Shown: positions 11,094-19,655 of the stretch, in pieces | How the letters are laid out: every line of letters starts with the position of its first letter | How positions within the stretch are numbered: position 1 is the stretch's first letter | Assembly (NCBI RefSeq): GCF_000091665.1 | Contig: NC_000909.1 | Location: 1,086,629 to 1,118,628 of the forward strand | From: Methanocaldococcus jannaschii DSM 2661 | GTDB lineage: Archaea > AGJL01 > Methanococci > Methanococcales > Methanocaldococcaceae | Direction: 5' to 3' | DNA: 32,000 nt | The notes under the pieces: generated by a model | Told to the model about the DNA's origin: nothing | The model's input: only the letters and a program-made list of their open reading frames with translations | Databases searched by the model: none | Program-made: the position numbers and the translations under genes

Positions 11094-12008
11094 ATGCTAT
11101 GTAGCTGTGGAAACGAAGCATTTTATTATCAAAAGTACTCAAATAGGCATCTATGTAAAGAATGTTTTAAAAAAGATATTGAAAGGAGAGCTAAAAAGGT
11201 TTTAGGGAAAGATATTATAAGAAACAATGTAAAAATAGGCATTGGAATTAGTGGAGGAAAAGATAGCTTAGTTATGGCATATATTTTAAAGGAGCTTTTT
11301 AAACATATTCCAAACGCTAAGTTAATTTGTTTTTTTGTGGATGAAGGAATAAAAGGTTTTAGGAACATAGCAGAAAAATACGTTAAAGAATTTTGTAAAG
11401 AATATAATTTAGATTTAAAGATTATAAAATTTGAGGATGAGATTGGTTATACCTTAGATGAAATTGTAAAAAATGATTATTTAAGCAAATTAAATATAGG
11501 GAAACCATGTTCCTTTTGTGGAGTAGTTAGAAGATATTTATTAAATAAACATGCTTTAAAAGAAGGCTGTGATTATTTGGCTATAGGGCATAATTTGGAT
11601 GATTTCTGCCAGACAATTTTAATGAACTATGTTGAGGGAAATATAAAAAATATTATTCAGTTTGGTAAAGAATTTGAAGGAGGAGGGTTTGTTAAGAGAA
11701 TCAAACCACTAAAGTTAATTCCTGAAGAGGAAGTTAAGTTATATGCTGAAATAAATAATATAAAGTATCAGAGAGAGCCATGTCCATACTCGTCTCTATC
11801 TTATAGACATAGAATGAAAAAAGTAATTGAGATTTTGGAAGAAGAAAAGCCGGGAGTTAAGTTTAGTATATTGAGAGGTTATGAGAAACTTTTAAAATAT
11901 TTAAATGTTAAAGAAGAAATCAGGAGATGTGAGATATGTGGTTTTCCATGTAGTGGAAATATTTGCAAGGTATGTTCATGGCTCATAAAATTGAAGGAAA
12001 TTAAATAG
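11094..12008 (+). CDS. ttuA: PP-loop ATPase of the TtuA/NcsA tRNA 2-thiolation family
   Basis: PP-loop GISGGKDS. N-terminal CSCG..CKEC and C-terminal CEICG..CKVC zinc fingers, plus central CSFC and PCP cysteines. The track's N-terminal 37 codons look like translated AT-rich promoter sequence. Confidence 0.75.
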   Translation: MLCSCGNEAFYYQKYSNRHLCKECFKKDIERRAKKVLGKDIIRNNVKIGIGISGGKDSLVMAYILKELFKHIPNAKLICFFVDEGIKGFRNIAEKYVKEFCKEYNLDLKIIKFEDEIGYTLDEIVKNDYLSKLNIGKPCSFCGVVRRYLLNKHALKEGCDYLAIGHNLDDFCQTILMNYVEGNIKNIIQFGKEFEGGGFVKRIKPLKLIPEEEVKLYAEINNIKYQREPCPYSSLSYRHRMKKVIEILEEEKPGVKFSILRGYEKLLKYLNVKEEIRRCEICGFPCSGNICKVCSWLIKLKEIK

Positions 12009-12044
12009 AATTCTATTCAAAATAATTTTTTATGGTGATGATTT

Positions 12045-13982
12045 ATGATAGGAGATTATGAAAGATTTAAACAACTCAAAAAAAAGGTTGCTGAAGCATT
12101 GAATATTAGTGAGGAGGAATTAGATAGGATGATTGATAAAAAAATTGAAGAAAACGGAGGAATAATATTGAAAGATGCTGCATTAATGATGATTGCAAAA
12201 GAACATGGAGTTTATGGAGAAGAAAAAAATGATGAAGAATTTTTAATTAGTGATATTGAAGAGGGACAGATAGGCGTTGAGATAACTGGAGTTATAACTG
12301 ATATCTCTGAAATAAAAACATTCAAAAGGAGAGATGGGAGTTTAGGGAAATACAAAAGAATTACAATAGCGGATAAGTCAGGAACTATAAGAATGACTTT
12401 ATGGGACGATTTGGCTGAATTAGATGTAAAAGTTGGAGATGTTATTAAAATTGAAAGAGCAAGAGCAAGAAAATGGAGAAATAATTTAGAGTTGAGTTCA
12501 ACATCTGAAACTAAGATTAAAAAATTAGAAAACTATGAAGGAGAACTTCCAGAGATTAAAGATACCTACAATATTGGTGAGCTAAGTCCTGGAATGACAG
12601 CAACATTTGAAGGAGAAGTTATCTCAGCTCTTCCAATCAAAGAATTTAAAAGAGCTGATGGTAGTATTGGAAAATTAAAATCATTTATTGTTAGAGATGA
12701 GACAGGAAGTATAAGAGTTACCTTATGGGATAATCTAACAGATATCGATGTTGGTAGAGGAGATTACGTTAGAGTTAGGGGCTATATAAGGGAAGGTTAT
12801 TATGGGGGTTTAGAATGCACCGCAAATTATGTAGAGATATTAAAAAAAGGAGAAAAAATAGAGAGTGAAGAAGTAAATATTGAGGATTTAACAAAATATG
12901 AAGATGGAGAACTGGTGAGTGTTAAAGGTAGAGTTATAGCCATAAGTAATAAAAAAAGCGTAGATTTGGATGGAGAGATAGCAAAGGTTCAAGATATTAT
13001 ATTAGATAACGGCACTGGTAGAGTTAGAGTTTCATTTTGGAGAGGAAAAACTGCTTTATTGGAAAATATAAAAGAAGGGGACTTAGTTAGAATAACAAAC
13101 TGTAGAGTTAAGACGTTTTATGATAGAGAAGGAAATAAAAGAACTGATTTAGTTGCCACATTAGAAACAGAAGTTATTAAAGATGAAAACATTGAAGCTC
13201 CAGAGTATGAGCTAAAATATTGCAAAATTGAAGATATTTATAATAGAGATGTTGACTGGAACGATATAAATTTAATAGCTCAAGTTGTTGAGGATTATGG
13301 AGTTAATGAAATTGAATTTGAAGATAAGGTTAGAAAAGTAAGAAATTTATTGTTAGAAGATGGAACTGGAAGAATAAGGTTGAGTTTATGGGATGATTTG
13401 GCTGAAATAGAGATTAAAGAAGGAGATATTGTAGAAATTTTACATGCCTATGCTAAGGAGAGGGGAGATTATATAGATTTGGTTATTGGAAAATATGGAA
13501 GAATAATTATAAATCCAGAAGGGGTTGAAATAAAAACCAATAGAAAGTTTATAGCAGATATTGAAGACGGAGAAACTGTTGAAGTTAGAGGGGCTGTAGT
13601 TAAGATATTGAGTGACACTCTCTTTCTTTATTTATGCCCAAATTGTAGAAAGAGGGTTGTAGAGATTGATGGAATTTATAACTGCCCTATTTGTGGAGAT
13701 GTTGAGCCAGAAGAGATTTTAAGATTGAATTTTGTTGTAGATGATGGGACTGGAACTTTATTATGTAGGGCTTATGATAGAAGAGTTGAGAAGATGTTAA
13801 AAATGAATAGGGAGGAGTTAAAGAACCTAACTATAGAAATGGTGGAAGATGAAATATTAGGGGAAGAGTTTGTTTTGTATGGAAATGTTAGAGTAGAGAA
13901 TGATGAATTAATTATGGTTGTTAGAAGAGTTAATGATGTAGATGTTGAGAAAGAAATAAGAATATTGGAGGAAATGGAATAA
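12045..13982 (+). CDS. rpa: Replication protein A (single-stranded DNA-binding protein), four OB folds plus zinc ribbon
   Basis: Four internal repeats carry G(T/S)xR(M/V/L)(T/S)(L/F)W (..[44 protein letters not shown]). Zinc ribbon CPNC..CPIC. SD GGTGAT at 12034-12039. Confidence 0.85.
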
Positions 13983-14038
13983 CAAAAAATAAATAAATAT
14001 AAGTCAATATTATAACCAAAAAAATTTACGGTGATGAG

Positions 14039-15343
14039 ATGATTGTTGAGAGAGTTGAAGAGTATTTGGACAGAATAGAAAAAATCAACAAGGATATTAA
14101 TGCTCTAATTGAGGTAAAACCAGAAAAAGTTTTAGAAGAGGCAAAAAAATTAGAAAAAGATGAAAAAGCTAAGAAAAAGCCATTATATGGAAAGATTATT
14201 GTAGTTAAAGCAAACATAAACGTTGAGGGCTATACAATCTCATGTGCATCAAAGACTTTAGAAAACTACATAGCCCCTTACGATGCCACTGTTATAGAGA
14301 AGATTAAAGAAAATGGTGGATTGATAATAGGAATAGCAAATATGGATGAGTTTGCATGTGGTAGTAGTGGAGAAACCTCTTATTTTGGACCAACAAAAAA
14401 CCCAAGGGCTAAAGATAGAATTCCTGGAGGAAGTTCTTCAGGAAGTGCTGCTGCAGTATCTGCAGATTTATGTGATATGGCTTTAGGTAGTGACACAGGG
14501 GGAAGTATTAGGAACCCTGCTTCACATTGCGGAGTTGTTGGATTTAAGCCAAGTTATGGAGTTGTTAGCAGATATGGCCTCTGTGATTTGGCAATGAGTT
14601 TTGACCAAATAGGACCTTTAACAAAAACAGCTGAAGATGCATTATTATTAACAAATATCATTAAAGGTAAAGATTTAAGGGACACAACAACGGTAGAGAC
14701 AAAACCTTTTGAAAAGAAAGATATTAAAGGCTTTAAGGTTGGAGTTGTTAAGGAGTTTATGGATGTTGCCGATGAGAAGATAAGGGATAAGGTAGAAAAA
14801 GCCATTGAAGTCTTTAAAGATTTAGGTTGTGAGATTGTTGAATTAAGCTATAAATATGTTGATTTAGCATTGCCAACTTACTATTTAATCAACTACGTTG
14901 AGTTCTTCTCATCCACAAGAAGATACGATGGAAGAAGATATGGATATAAAATAGAGGAAGTTTGTGGAGAGGAAGTTTTAAGAAGAATTATGATTGGTTC
15001 AATGATTAGTCAGAAAGAGTATAGTGGTAAATACTACAAAAACGCTTTAAAGGCAAGGAATTTAATGAGAAATGAGATGATTAAGATTATGAAGGATGTT
15101 GATATTATAGTGGGAGCAACAGTTCCTAAGTTACCACACAAATTAGGTGAAAAATTAACACCAATGGAGATGTATAGTTATGATGTTTTAACAGTCCCAG
15201 CTAATATCTGCGGTTTGTGTGCTGGAGTTGTTCCATGTGGGGATATAAATGGAATTCCTGTTGGTTTGCAAATCCAAGGAAAGCCATTTGAAGATGAAAA
15301 AGTTCTAAGTGCAATGATTGCATTTGAGAAGGCAATGGAGTAA
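14039..15343 (+). CDS. gatA: Glu-tRNA(Gln) amidotransferase subunit A
   Basis: Amidase signature GGSSSGSAAAV..GSDTGGSIR. Typical length. SD GGTGATGAG upstream. Confidence 0.9.
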   Translation: MIVERVEEYLDRIEKINKDINALIEVKPEKVLEEAKKLEKDEKAKKKPLYGKIIVVKANINVEGYTISCASKTLENYIAPYDATVIEKIKENGGLIIGIANMDEFACGSSGETSYFGPTKNPRAKDRIPGGSSSGSAAAVSADLCDMALGSDTGGSIRNPASHCGVVGFKPSYGVVSRYGLCDLAMSFDQIGPLTKTAEDALLLTNIIKGKDLRDTTTVETKPFEKKDIKGFKVGVVKEFMDVADEKIRDKVEKAIEVFKDLGCEIVELSYKYVDLALPTYYLINYVEFFSSTRRYDGRRYGYKIEEVCGEEVLRRIMIGSMISQKEYSGKYYKNALKARNLMRNEMIKIMKDVDIIVGATVPKLPHKLGEKLTPMEMYSYDVLTVPANICGLCAGVVPCGDINGIPVGLQIQGKPFEDEKVLSAMIAFEKAME

Positions 15344-15497
15344 TATTTCCATATTAATACTATTTTTAATTTTTTGATGAATTTTTATTATTTTAATATA
15401 TTAAATTAAGTTCTAAATTCAAATGAAAACATTTTTAAATGAGCAATTAATTAAATAAATTTTATTTTCATGATATTGTATATCTACTGGTGAAAAT

Positions 15498-16001
15498 ATG
15501 AGAGATAATATACGTAGTATTAATAAACTGTTAATATACTTAGTATTAATTTTGTCAGCCATGTTTTTGTGTCAAAATGTTTTTGCAGAGGACTATAATG
15601 CCATAGAAATAACTGTAAAGAATATTAGTAGTGGGGAGATACTTTATCAAAAAATATTCCCAAAAGATGAAGCTTTTAGTGACTATCAAGTTATAAACGG
15701 ATTTACTATAGATATACATTACAATCCAAATTATCCAGGTATGGTGTATAAAGTACATCAGAGTAATAATCACTTTATTTTTAATGTTTCTGGGGAATTA
15801 AATTGGGGTTCTTATCAACAAAGTGGAGATATCGCATGTATTGTTGACGTCATTCATTACGATTTCCCACCACCTTCAAATACAACCTCAAATACAACTA
15901 CAACATCCTCATCATCAACAAAAGCCCCAATTCCATTAAGCGTTTATTTAGCCATAACTGCTTTCTTTACCTATATCATATATAGAAAATCAAAAACTTA
16001 A
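15498..16001 (+). CDS. Small secreted/surface protein with signal peptide, Ser/Thr linker and C-terminal PIP-TM-RK anchor
   Basis: Signal peptide [20 protein letters not shown]|ED (nt 15498-15587). N-x-S/T sequons present. Linker [20 protein letters not shown] (15867-15926). Tail [24 protein letters not shown] (15927-15998). SD GGTGA upstream. Confidence 0.6.
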
Positions 16002-16010
16002 TTTTTTATT

Positions 16011-16075
16011 TTAAAATCCAGCGAAATCTTCTAAAACAACCATATTCTTTTTTGTATCATAAACAAAATAACTCT
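16011..16075 (-). pseudogene. Orphan 3'-terminal fragment (last 20 codons plus stop) of a metallophosphoesterase gene
   Basis: 58/65 nt are identical to 16667-16731, the 3' end of the phosphoesterase gene. It translates SYFVYDTKKNMVVLEDFAGF*, versus SYFVYDTKKNMVVLDDFNGF* in the intact gene. An in-frame TAG lies immediately upstream of the homology. Confidence 0.75.
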
Positions 16076-16210
16076 ATAACCTTATAAGTCTAAAGGAAAA
16101 CCTTTTTATGATAAGTTTTATAAAAAAATCATTATATGATAATTTTATATTCTTACAAAAAGAGTTAATATTTTGGGTCTAATTAGATTAAAAATAAGGA
16201 GTTGATGGTC

Positions 16211-16333
16211 ATGAAATTTGACGCCTTTGCTATATTAGTGTTATTAGTAATTGGCTTTATGGTTGTATTCTCAACATTATTGGCTATATGGTATTGGAAA
16301 TTTGGAAGAAAGCTAATCCATCAAAAGGATTAA
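16211..16333 (+). CDS. 40-aa single-pass membrane peptide (not in the ORF track)
   Basis: AGGAG at 16197-16201, 9 nt before ATG16211. The product is MKFDAFAILVLLVIGFMVVFSTLLAIWYWKFGRKLIHQKD*, one hydrophobic helix plus a basic tail. Confidence 0.45.
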   Translation: MKFDAFAILVLLVIGFMVVFSTLLAIWYWKFGRKLIHQKD

Positions 16334-16334
16334 C

Positions 16335-16556
16335 TTATAATTCTTTGTAAATGTCATACAAGATACTCCCAAATAGCCAACTTAGATAAAACATTGCTAT
16401 GATGTCAATTAAACATAGTGTTAAACCAGTATTAAAACTACCTTCGGAGAAGGCAACTTTAACAATAACTGCAACTAACAATATCAATCCAGCACCAAGA
16501 AAGATTTTATATATGTCAAATATTGCATTAAACAATAATTGTTTCCTCTCATCCAT
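16335..16556 (-). CDS. 73-aa two-helix membrane protein, unknown function
   Basis: SD GTGAT then ATG at 16556; the track GTG16565 is inside the SD. Hydrophobic segments FLGAGLILLVAVIVKVAF and LTLCLIDIIAMFYLSWLFGSIL. Confidence 0.5.
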   Translation of the reverse strand: MDERKQLLFNAIFDIYKIFLGAGLILLVAVIVKVAFSEGSFNTGLTLCLIDIIAMFYLSWLFGSILYDIYKEL

Positions 16557-16666
16557 AACTATCACAACTTTTTAAAGTAGTGACCTTGTGTTTTTTATTT
16601 TAAATTCTTTAATAAGTATAAAAAGTTTTGCAATTAAAAAATGGAAATGTATTTACCTCAAAAATT

Positions 16667-17311
16667 TTAAAATCCATTAAAATCATCTAAAACAACCATA
16701 TTCTTTTTAGTGTCATAGACAAAATAACTCTTTGGAGATGGATTCACAACTATTGTATTTCCAATTTTATCTATACACCTACTTTCATGTATATGCCCAC
16801 AGGCACAGAATCTTATATTTTCATTAAAATCTTCAATTATCTTTCTAATGCTTTTACTTCCAACGTGGATATCTTTGTCTAAATCAACAATATCAGCCAT
16901 TGTGTTATATGGAGGGGCATGGCTAACTAAAAATATATTTTTTAAGTTTTTAACCACATTTATGAGCTTATTGTATATTTCTTCTTCGGTGTATTCATTT
17001 GGAGTGTTAAAAGGGGTCTTATTACTCCCTCCTATTCCAACAAAATTTATATTCTCTATTTTTTTCACTTTTCTATCTATATTTAATTTAAAGCTATTCA
17101 ACTCATCAATAACTTCTTTAGTATCACAATTTCCTGGAACGCATAGAACTTCCATATAATCTGATAACTCAGCCAATTTCTCTATAACCTCAATTCCTTT
17201 ACCAAAGTGTGTTATATCCCCACAAACAACTAAAACATCAGCAAAATCTTTAAATTCTCTAACTGCTGGAGGTAATTTTCCATGTAAATCAGTAATTCCC
17301 ACTATTTTCAT
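16667..17311 (-). CDS. Calcineurin-like metallophosphoesterase (YfcE/MJ0936-like)
   Basis: Motifs GITDLHG, CGDITHFG, GNCD, SHAPP and GHIHE. GGTGAAATATATG supports a start at 17311. Confidence 0.8.
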   Translation of the reverse strand: MKIVGITDLHGKLPPAVREFKDFADVLVVCGDITHFGKGIEVIEKLAELSDYMEVLCVPGNCDTKEVIDELNSFKLNIDRKVKKIENINFVGIGGSNKTPFNTPNEYTEEEIYNKLINVVKNLKNIFLVSHAPPYNTMADIVDLDKDIHVGSKSIRKIIEDFNENIRFCACGHIHESRCIDKIGNTIVVNPSPKSYFVYDTKKNMVVLDDFNGF

Positions 17312-17465
17312 ATATTTCACCATTTTATTTTATTTTTTTAAGCTTTTGAAATTTTTAGTTTAATTTTTAAACATCCATAAACCACTTTTATCAGATTGAG
17401 AAAATTTCCCCACATAATAAAAATTAAATAGCTTAACATTAAAATTATTATGTGGAGGTGAGAGG

Positions 17466-18119
17466 ATGATAACATGGTATGGTCATGCATGCTTTAAAGT
17501 AGATAATGTGTTAATAGACCCATTTGTTCCAAATCCTTTATGTGATTTGCCTTATGATGAAATAATGGAAGGAGTTGAGGTAATAGCAGTAACTCATGGC
17601 CATGCAGACCACTTAGGAAATGCTGAAGAGTTAGCTAAAACCTACAATGTTCCAGTAGTAACGAACCATGAGATTAGTGTCTATTTATCAGAAAGAGGAG
17701 TTTGTGCAGAAGGAATGAACATTGGGGGGACTATAGAGATAAATGGAGCAAAATTAACAATGGTTAAAGCTGAGCACTCATCAGATATCTCTCCAACAAT
17801 AAGTGGGGGAGTTGCTGCTGGATTTATTATAAATGATAGAGTATATCATGCAGGAGATACTGGCTTATTTGGAGATATGGAGTTAATTGGAGAGATTTAC
17901 GCTCCACAAATAGCTTTATTGCCAATTGGTGGAAGATACACAATGGGAATTGATGAGGCATTAGTGGCTATTGAGCTAATATATCCAGAGATTGTTATTC
18001 CAATGCATTATAATACATTCCCGTTAATTGAAGTGGATGTAAATGAGTTTGTGAAAAAAGCAGAGGCTTTAGGAGTTGAGGTCATAGTTCCAAAGATTGG
18101 AGAACCATTGGAATTATAA
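17466..18119 (+). CDS. Metallo-beta-lactamase-fold hydrolase (UPF0173-like)
   Basis: Motif VTHGHADHLG, downstream HAGDTG and PMHYNTF. SD GGAGGTGA upstream. Confidence 0.75.
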   Translation: MITWYGHACFKVDNVLIDPFVPNPLCDLPYDEIMEGVEVIAVTHGHADHLGNAEELAKTYNVPVVTNHEISVYLSERGVCAEGMNIGGTIEINGAKLTMVKAEHSSDISPTISGGVAAGFIINDRVYHAGDTGLFGDMELIGEIYAPQIALLPIGGRYTMGIDEALVAIELIYPEIVIPMHYNTFPLIEVDVNEFVKKAEALGVEVIVPKIGEPLEL

Positions 18120-18130
18120 ATCCCGTTATC

Positions 18131-18145
18131 TTTTTTAACTTTTTT
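18131..18145 (+). terminator. Candidate oligo-T archaeal terminator
   Basis: Two T6 runs (ttttttaacttttttt-like) begin 12 nt after the stop at 18119. Confidence 0.4.
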
Positions 18146-18178
18146 ACTATTAAAACGTAATATTAGTGGTTATTATGA

Positions 18179-18430
18179 ATTATTGTCCAATCCTACATTA
18201 CCGATGAAAAGGGAAATATTAAAGGAGTTATTTTGGGTTATAAGACATTTAAAAAGATTGAAGAGTTGTTATTAGATTATGGGCTTTTAAAGGCAATGGA
18301 AGAGATGAGGGGTTTATTTAGAGACAGCATATAAATTGAAGATTATAGAATTGGTTTTAAATATGAAAATGAAAAAATCGTGTTTTATAGAGTTTTACAT
18401 AGAAAACAAATGTACAAAAAATTTCCGTAA
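18179..18430 (+). pseudogene. Decayed toxin-antitoxin locus: antitoxin-like N-part fused in frame, across a TAA, to a RelE/ParE-like toxin C-terminus
   Basis: A single frame reads [82 protein letters not shown]. The first part is Phd/YefM-like (..ITxxGxxxxVILxxxxFxxIEELL..). The last 31 aa match the RelE/ParE C-terminal signature (DYRIxFxxxxxxIxFxxVxHRKxxY). The SD-like GTGGT plus ATG18175 is out of frame by 1 nt. Confidence 0.55.
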
Positions 18431-18460
18431 TTTACTTTTTAAATCATCAATTTTTTAAAT

Positions 18461-19408
18461 TTATCTTATATCTCTTAACATGGATTTTATATGCTCAATC
18501 AACTCAAGGGCATCATCCATCTTTTTTAACTCTTCAATACTAACAACTGGCAAGTTTTTATACTCTTTCTCTTTTTCTTCCAATATTAATAGTGAATATC
18601 CATCTAATAACCTTGACAATTCTCTCACGAATAACGCCTTTCTCTTTACTTCTTCATTATCTTTTTCTTCAATATTTGTTAATAGAATATTTAGATTGTT
18701 ATCCATATCCTTCTCAGCTACTGCATCAAATGGAGCCTTTTCAACAACAAATGATTTAAATCCTAATTCGTTTAGAAAATTTATCGCCTCTTTCTTAAAA
18801 TCTTCTAAATTTTCTAATTTATTTTCAACATCCTCATCATCAACAGGCTCAAATAAATCAATACCTTTAACTAACGGCACATCTAAGAACTCCTCAATTT
18901 TTAAAGCCACATCTACTGAAGGATTTGCCATCTGAGTTTCATATTTATAGATTGCCTTTCTTGAAACACCAGCAACTTCTGCCAACTTTCCTACTGAGAT
19001 ACCCATAGCCTCTCTAACTTCTTTCAACACCTTCCCATCTATCTTTACAAAAAATCCTCCTCTATTTGCATAAACCATTGGTGGGCTTCCTTCTAAATAA
19101 TCTCTGAACGTTTCAAAAGTCACTGCTTTTATATTATATCTGTCATAAACAACTCCATGCTCCATAGGGGCGTTTCTTGTTCTAATGCCTATTATTAAAG
19201 GAGTCCCATGCAGTATTTTGCTAATCTTCTTTAATTCTTTTGATTGATCTCTACTTAAACTGTCTATATTCTTTAAAATTTTTAAAATTAATCTAATATC
19301 CTCTTTACTTGCTACCATATCAAAGCAACTTCTTCCCAGTGGTTTTGAGACGATGAATTTATGTGATCTTAATAATTCTATACATTCGGATATTAGAATC
19401 TCTCTCAT
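18461..19408 (-). CDS. Archaeal HTH (Cro/C1-type) transcriptional regulator family protein
   Basis: The central HTH is REAMGISVGKLAEVAGVSRKAIYKYETQMANPSVDVALKIEEFL. GGTGATGATTATG supports a start at 19408. Confidence 0.7.
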   Translation of the reverse strand: MREILISECIELLRSHKFIVSKPLGRSCFDMVASKEDIRLILKILKNIDSLSRDQSKELKKISKILHGTPLIIGIRTRNAPMEHGVVYDRYNIKAVTFETFRDYLEGSPPMVYANRGGFFVKIDGKVLKEVREAMGISVGKLAEVAGVSRKAIYKYETQMANPSVDVALKIEEFLDVPLVKGIDLFEPVDDEDVENKLENLEDFKKEAINFLNELGFKSFVVEKAPFDAVAEKDMDNNLNILLTNIEEKDNEEVKRKALFVRELSRLLDGYSLLILEEKEKEYKNLPVVSIEELKKMDDALELIEHIKSMLRDIR

Positions 19409-19609
19409 AATCATCACCGTAAATTCTTCTAATCTAAATCATTATAATATTTATTTTTTATGGTTGTATTTTTATATTATTAGCTTTACCAATATAAAGC
19501 TTTTCTACCAAAAATAGAACTTTTATTCATATATGTTGAACTATTTATAAATATGTGAGCAAGACACACACCTATATAAAAAAGTTTCTACTTAAACTTC
19601 ATACATAGT

Positions 19610-19619
19610 ATTTATAAAT
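19610..19619 (+). promoter_or_regulatory. Candidate TATA/operator palindrome ATTTATAAAT upstream of the fwd cluster (second copy at 19543-19552)
   Basis: A perfect 10-bp palindrome 37 nt upstream of ATG19656. An identical copy lies 67 bp further upstream, and TATATAAA occurs at 19573-19580. Confidence 0.3.
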
Positions 19620-19655
19620 GAAAATCATCAACTAACATAATGTCCATGTGAGACG

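Noticed and set aside
15376-15381. Search for C/D-box sRNAs: TGATGA boxes in intergenic DNA at 15376 and 3476, and on the minus strand at ~18445 and ~19626.
   Set aside because: None has a CTGA D box at the required ~12 nt or ~50-60 nt distance, and none has terminal complementarity. I cannot support an sRNA call.
16107-16181. A 24-aa plus-strand ORF (MISFIKKSLYDNFIFLQKELIFWV) inside the bracketed insert.
   Set aside because: It has only a weak AGGA upstream, is very short and has no distinguishing features. It cannot be told apart from chance.
17410-17455. An 11-bp inverted repeat (CCACATAATAA ... TTATTATGTGG, 24-nt loop) just upstream of the MBL-fold hydrolase gene, touching its SD.
   Set aside because: My rough estimate is that a few such repeats are expected by chance in ~4 kb of ~30% GC intergenic DNA. 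It masks only two SD bases. It is worth noting only if conserved in relatives.
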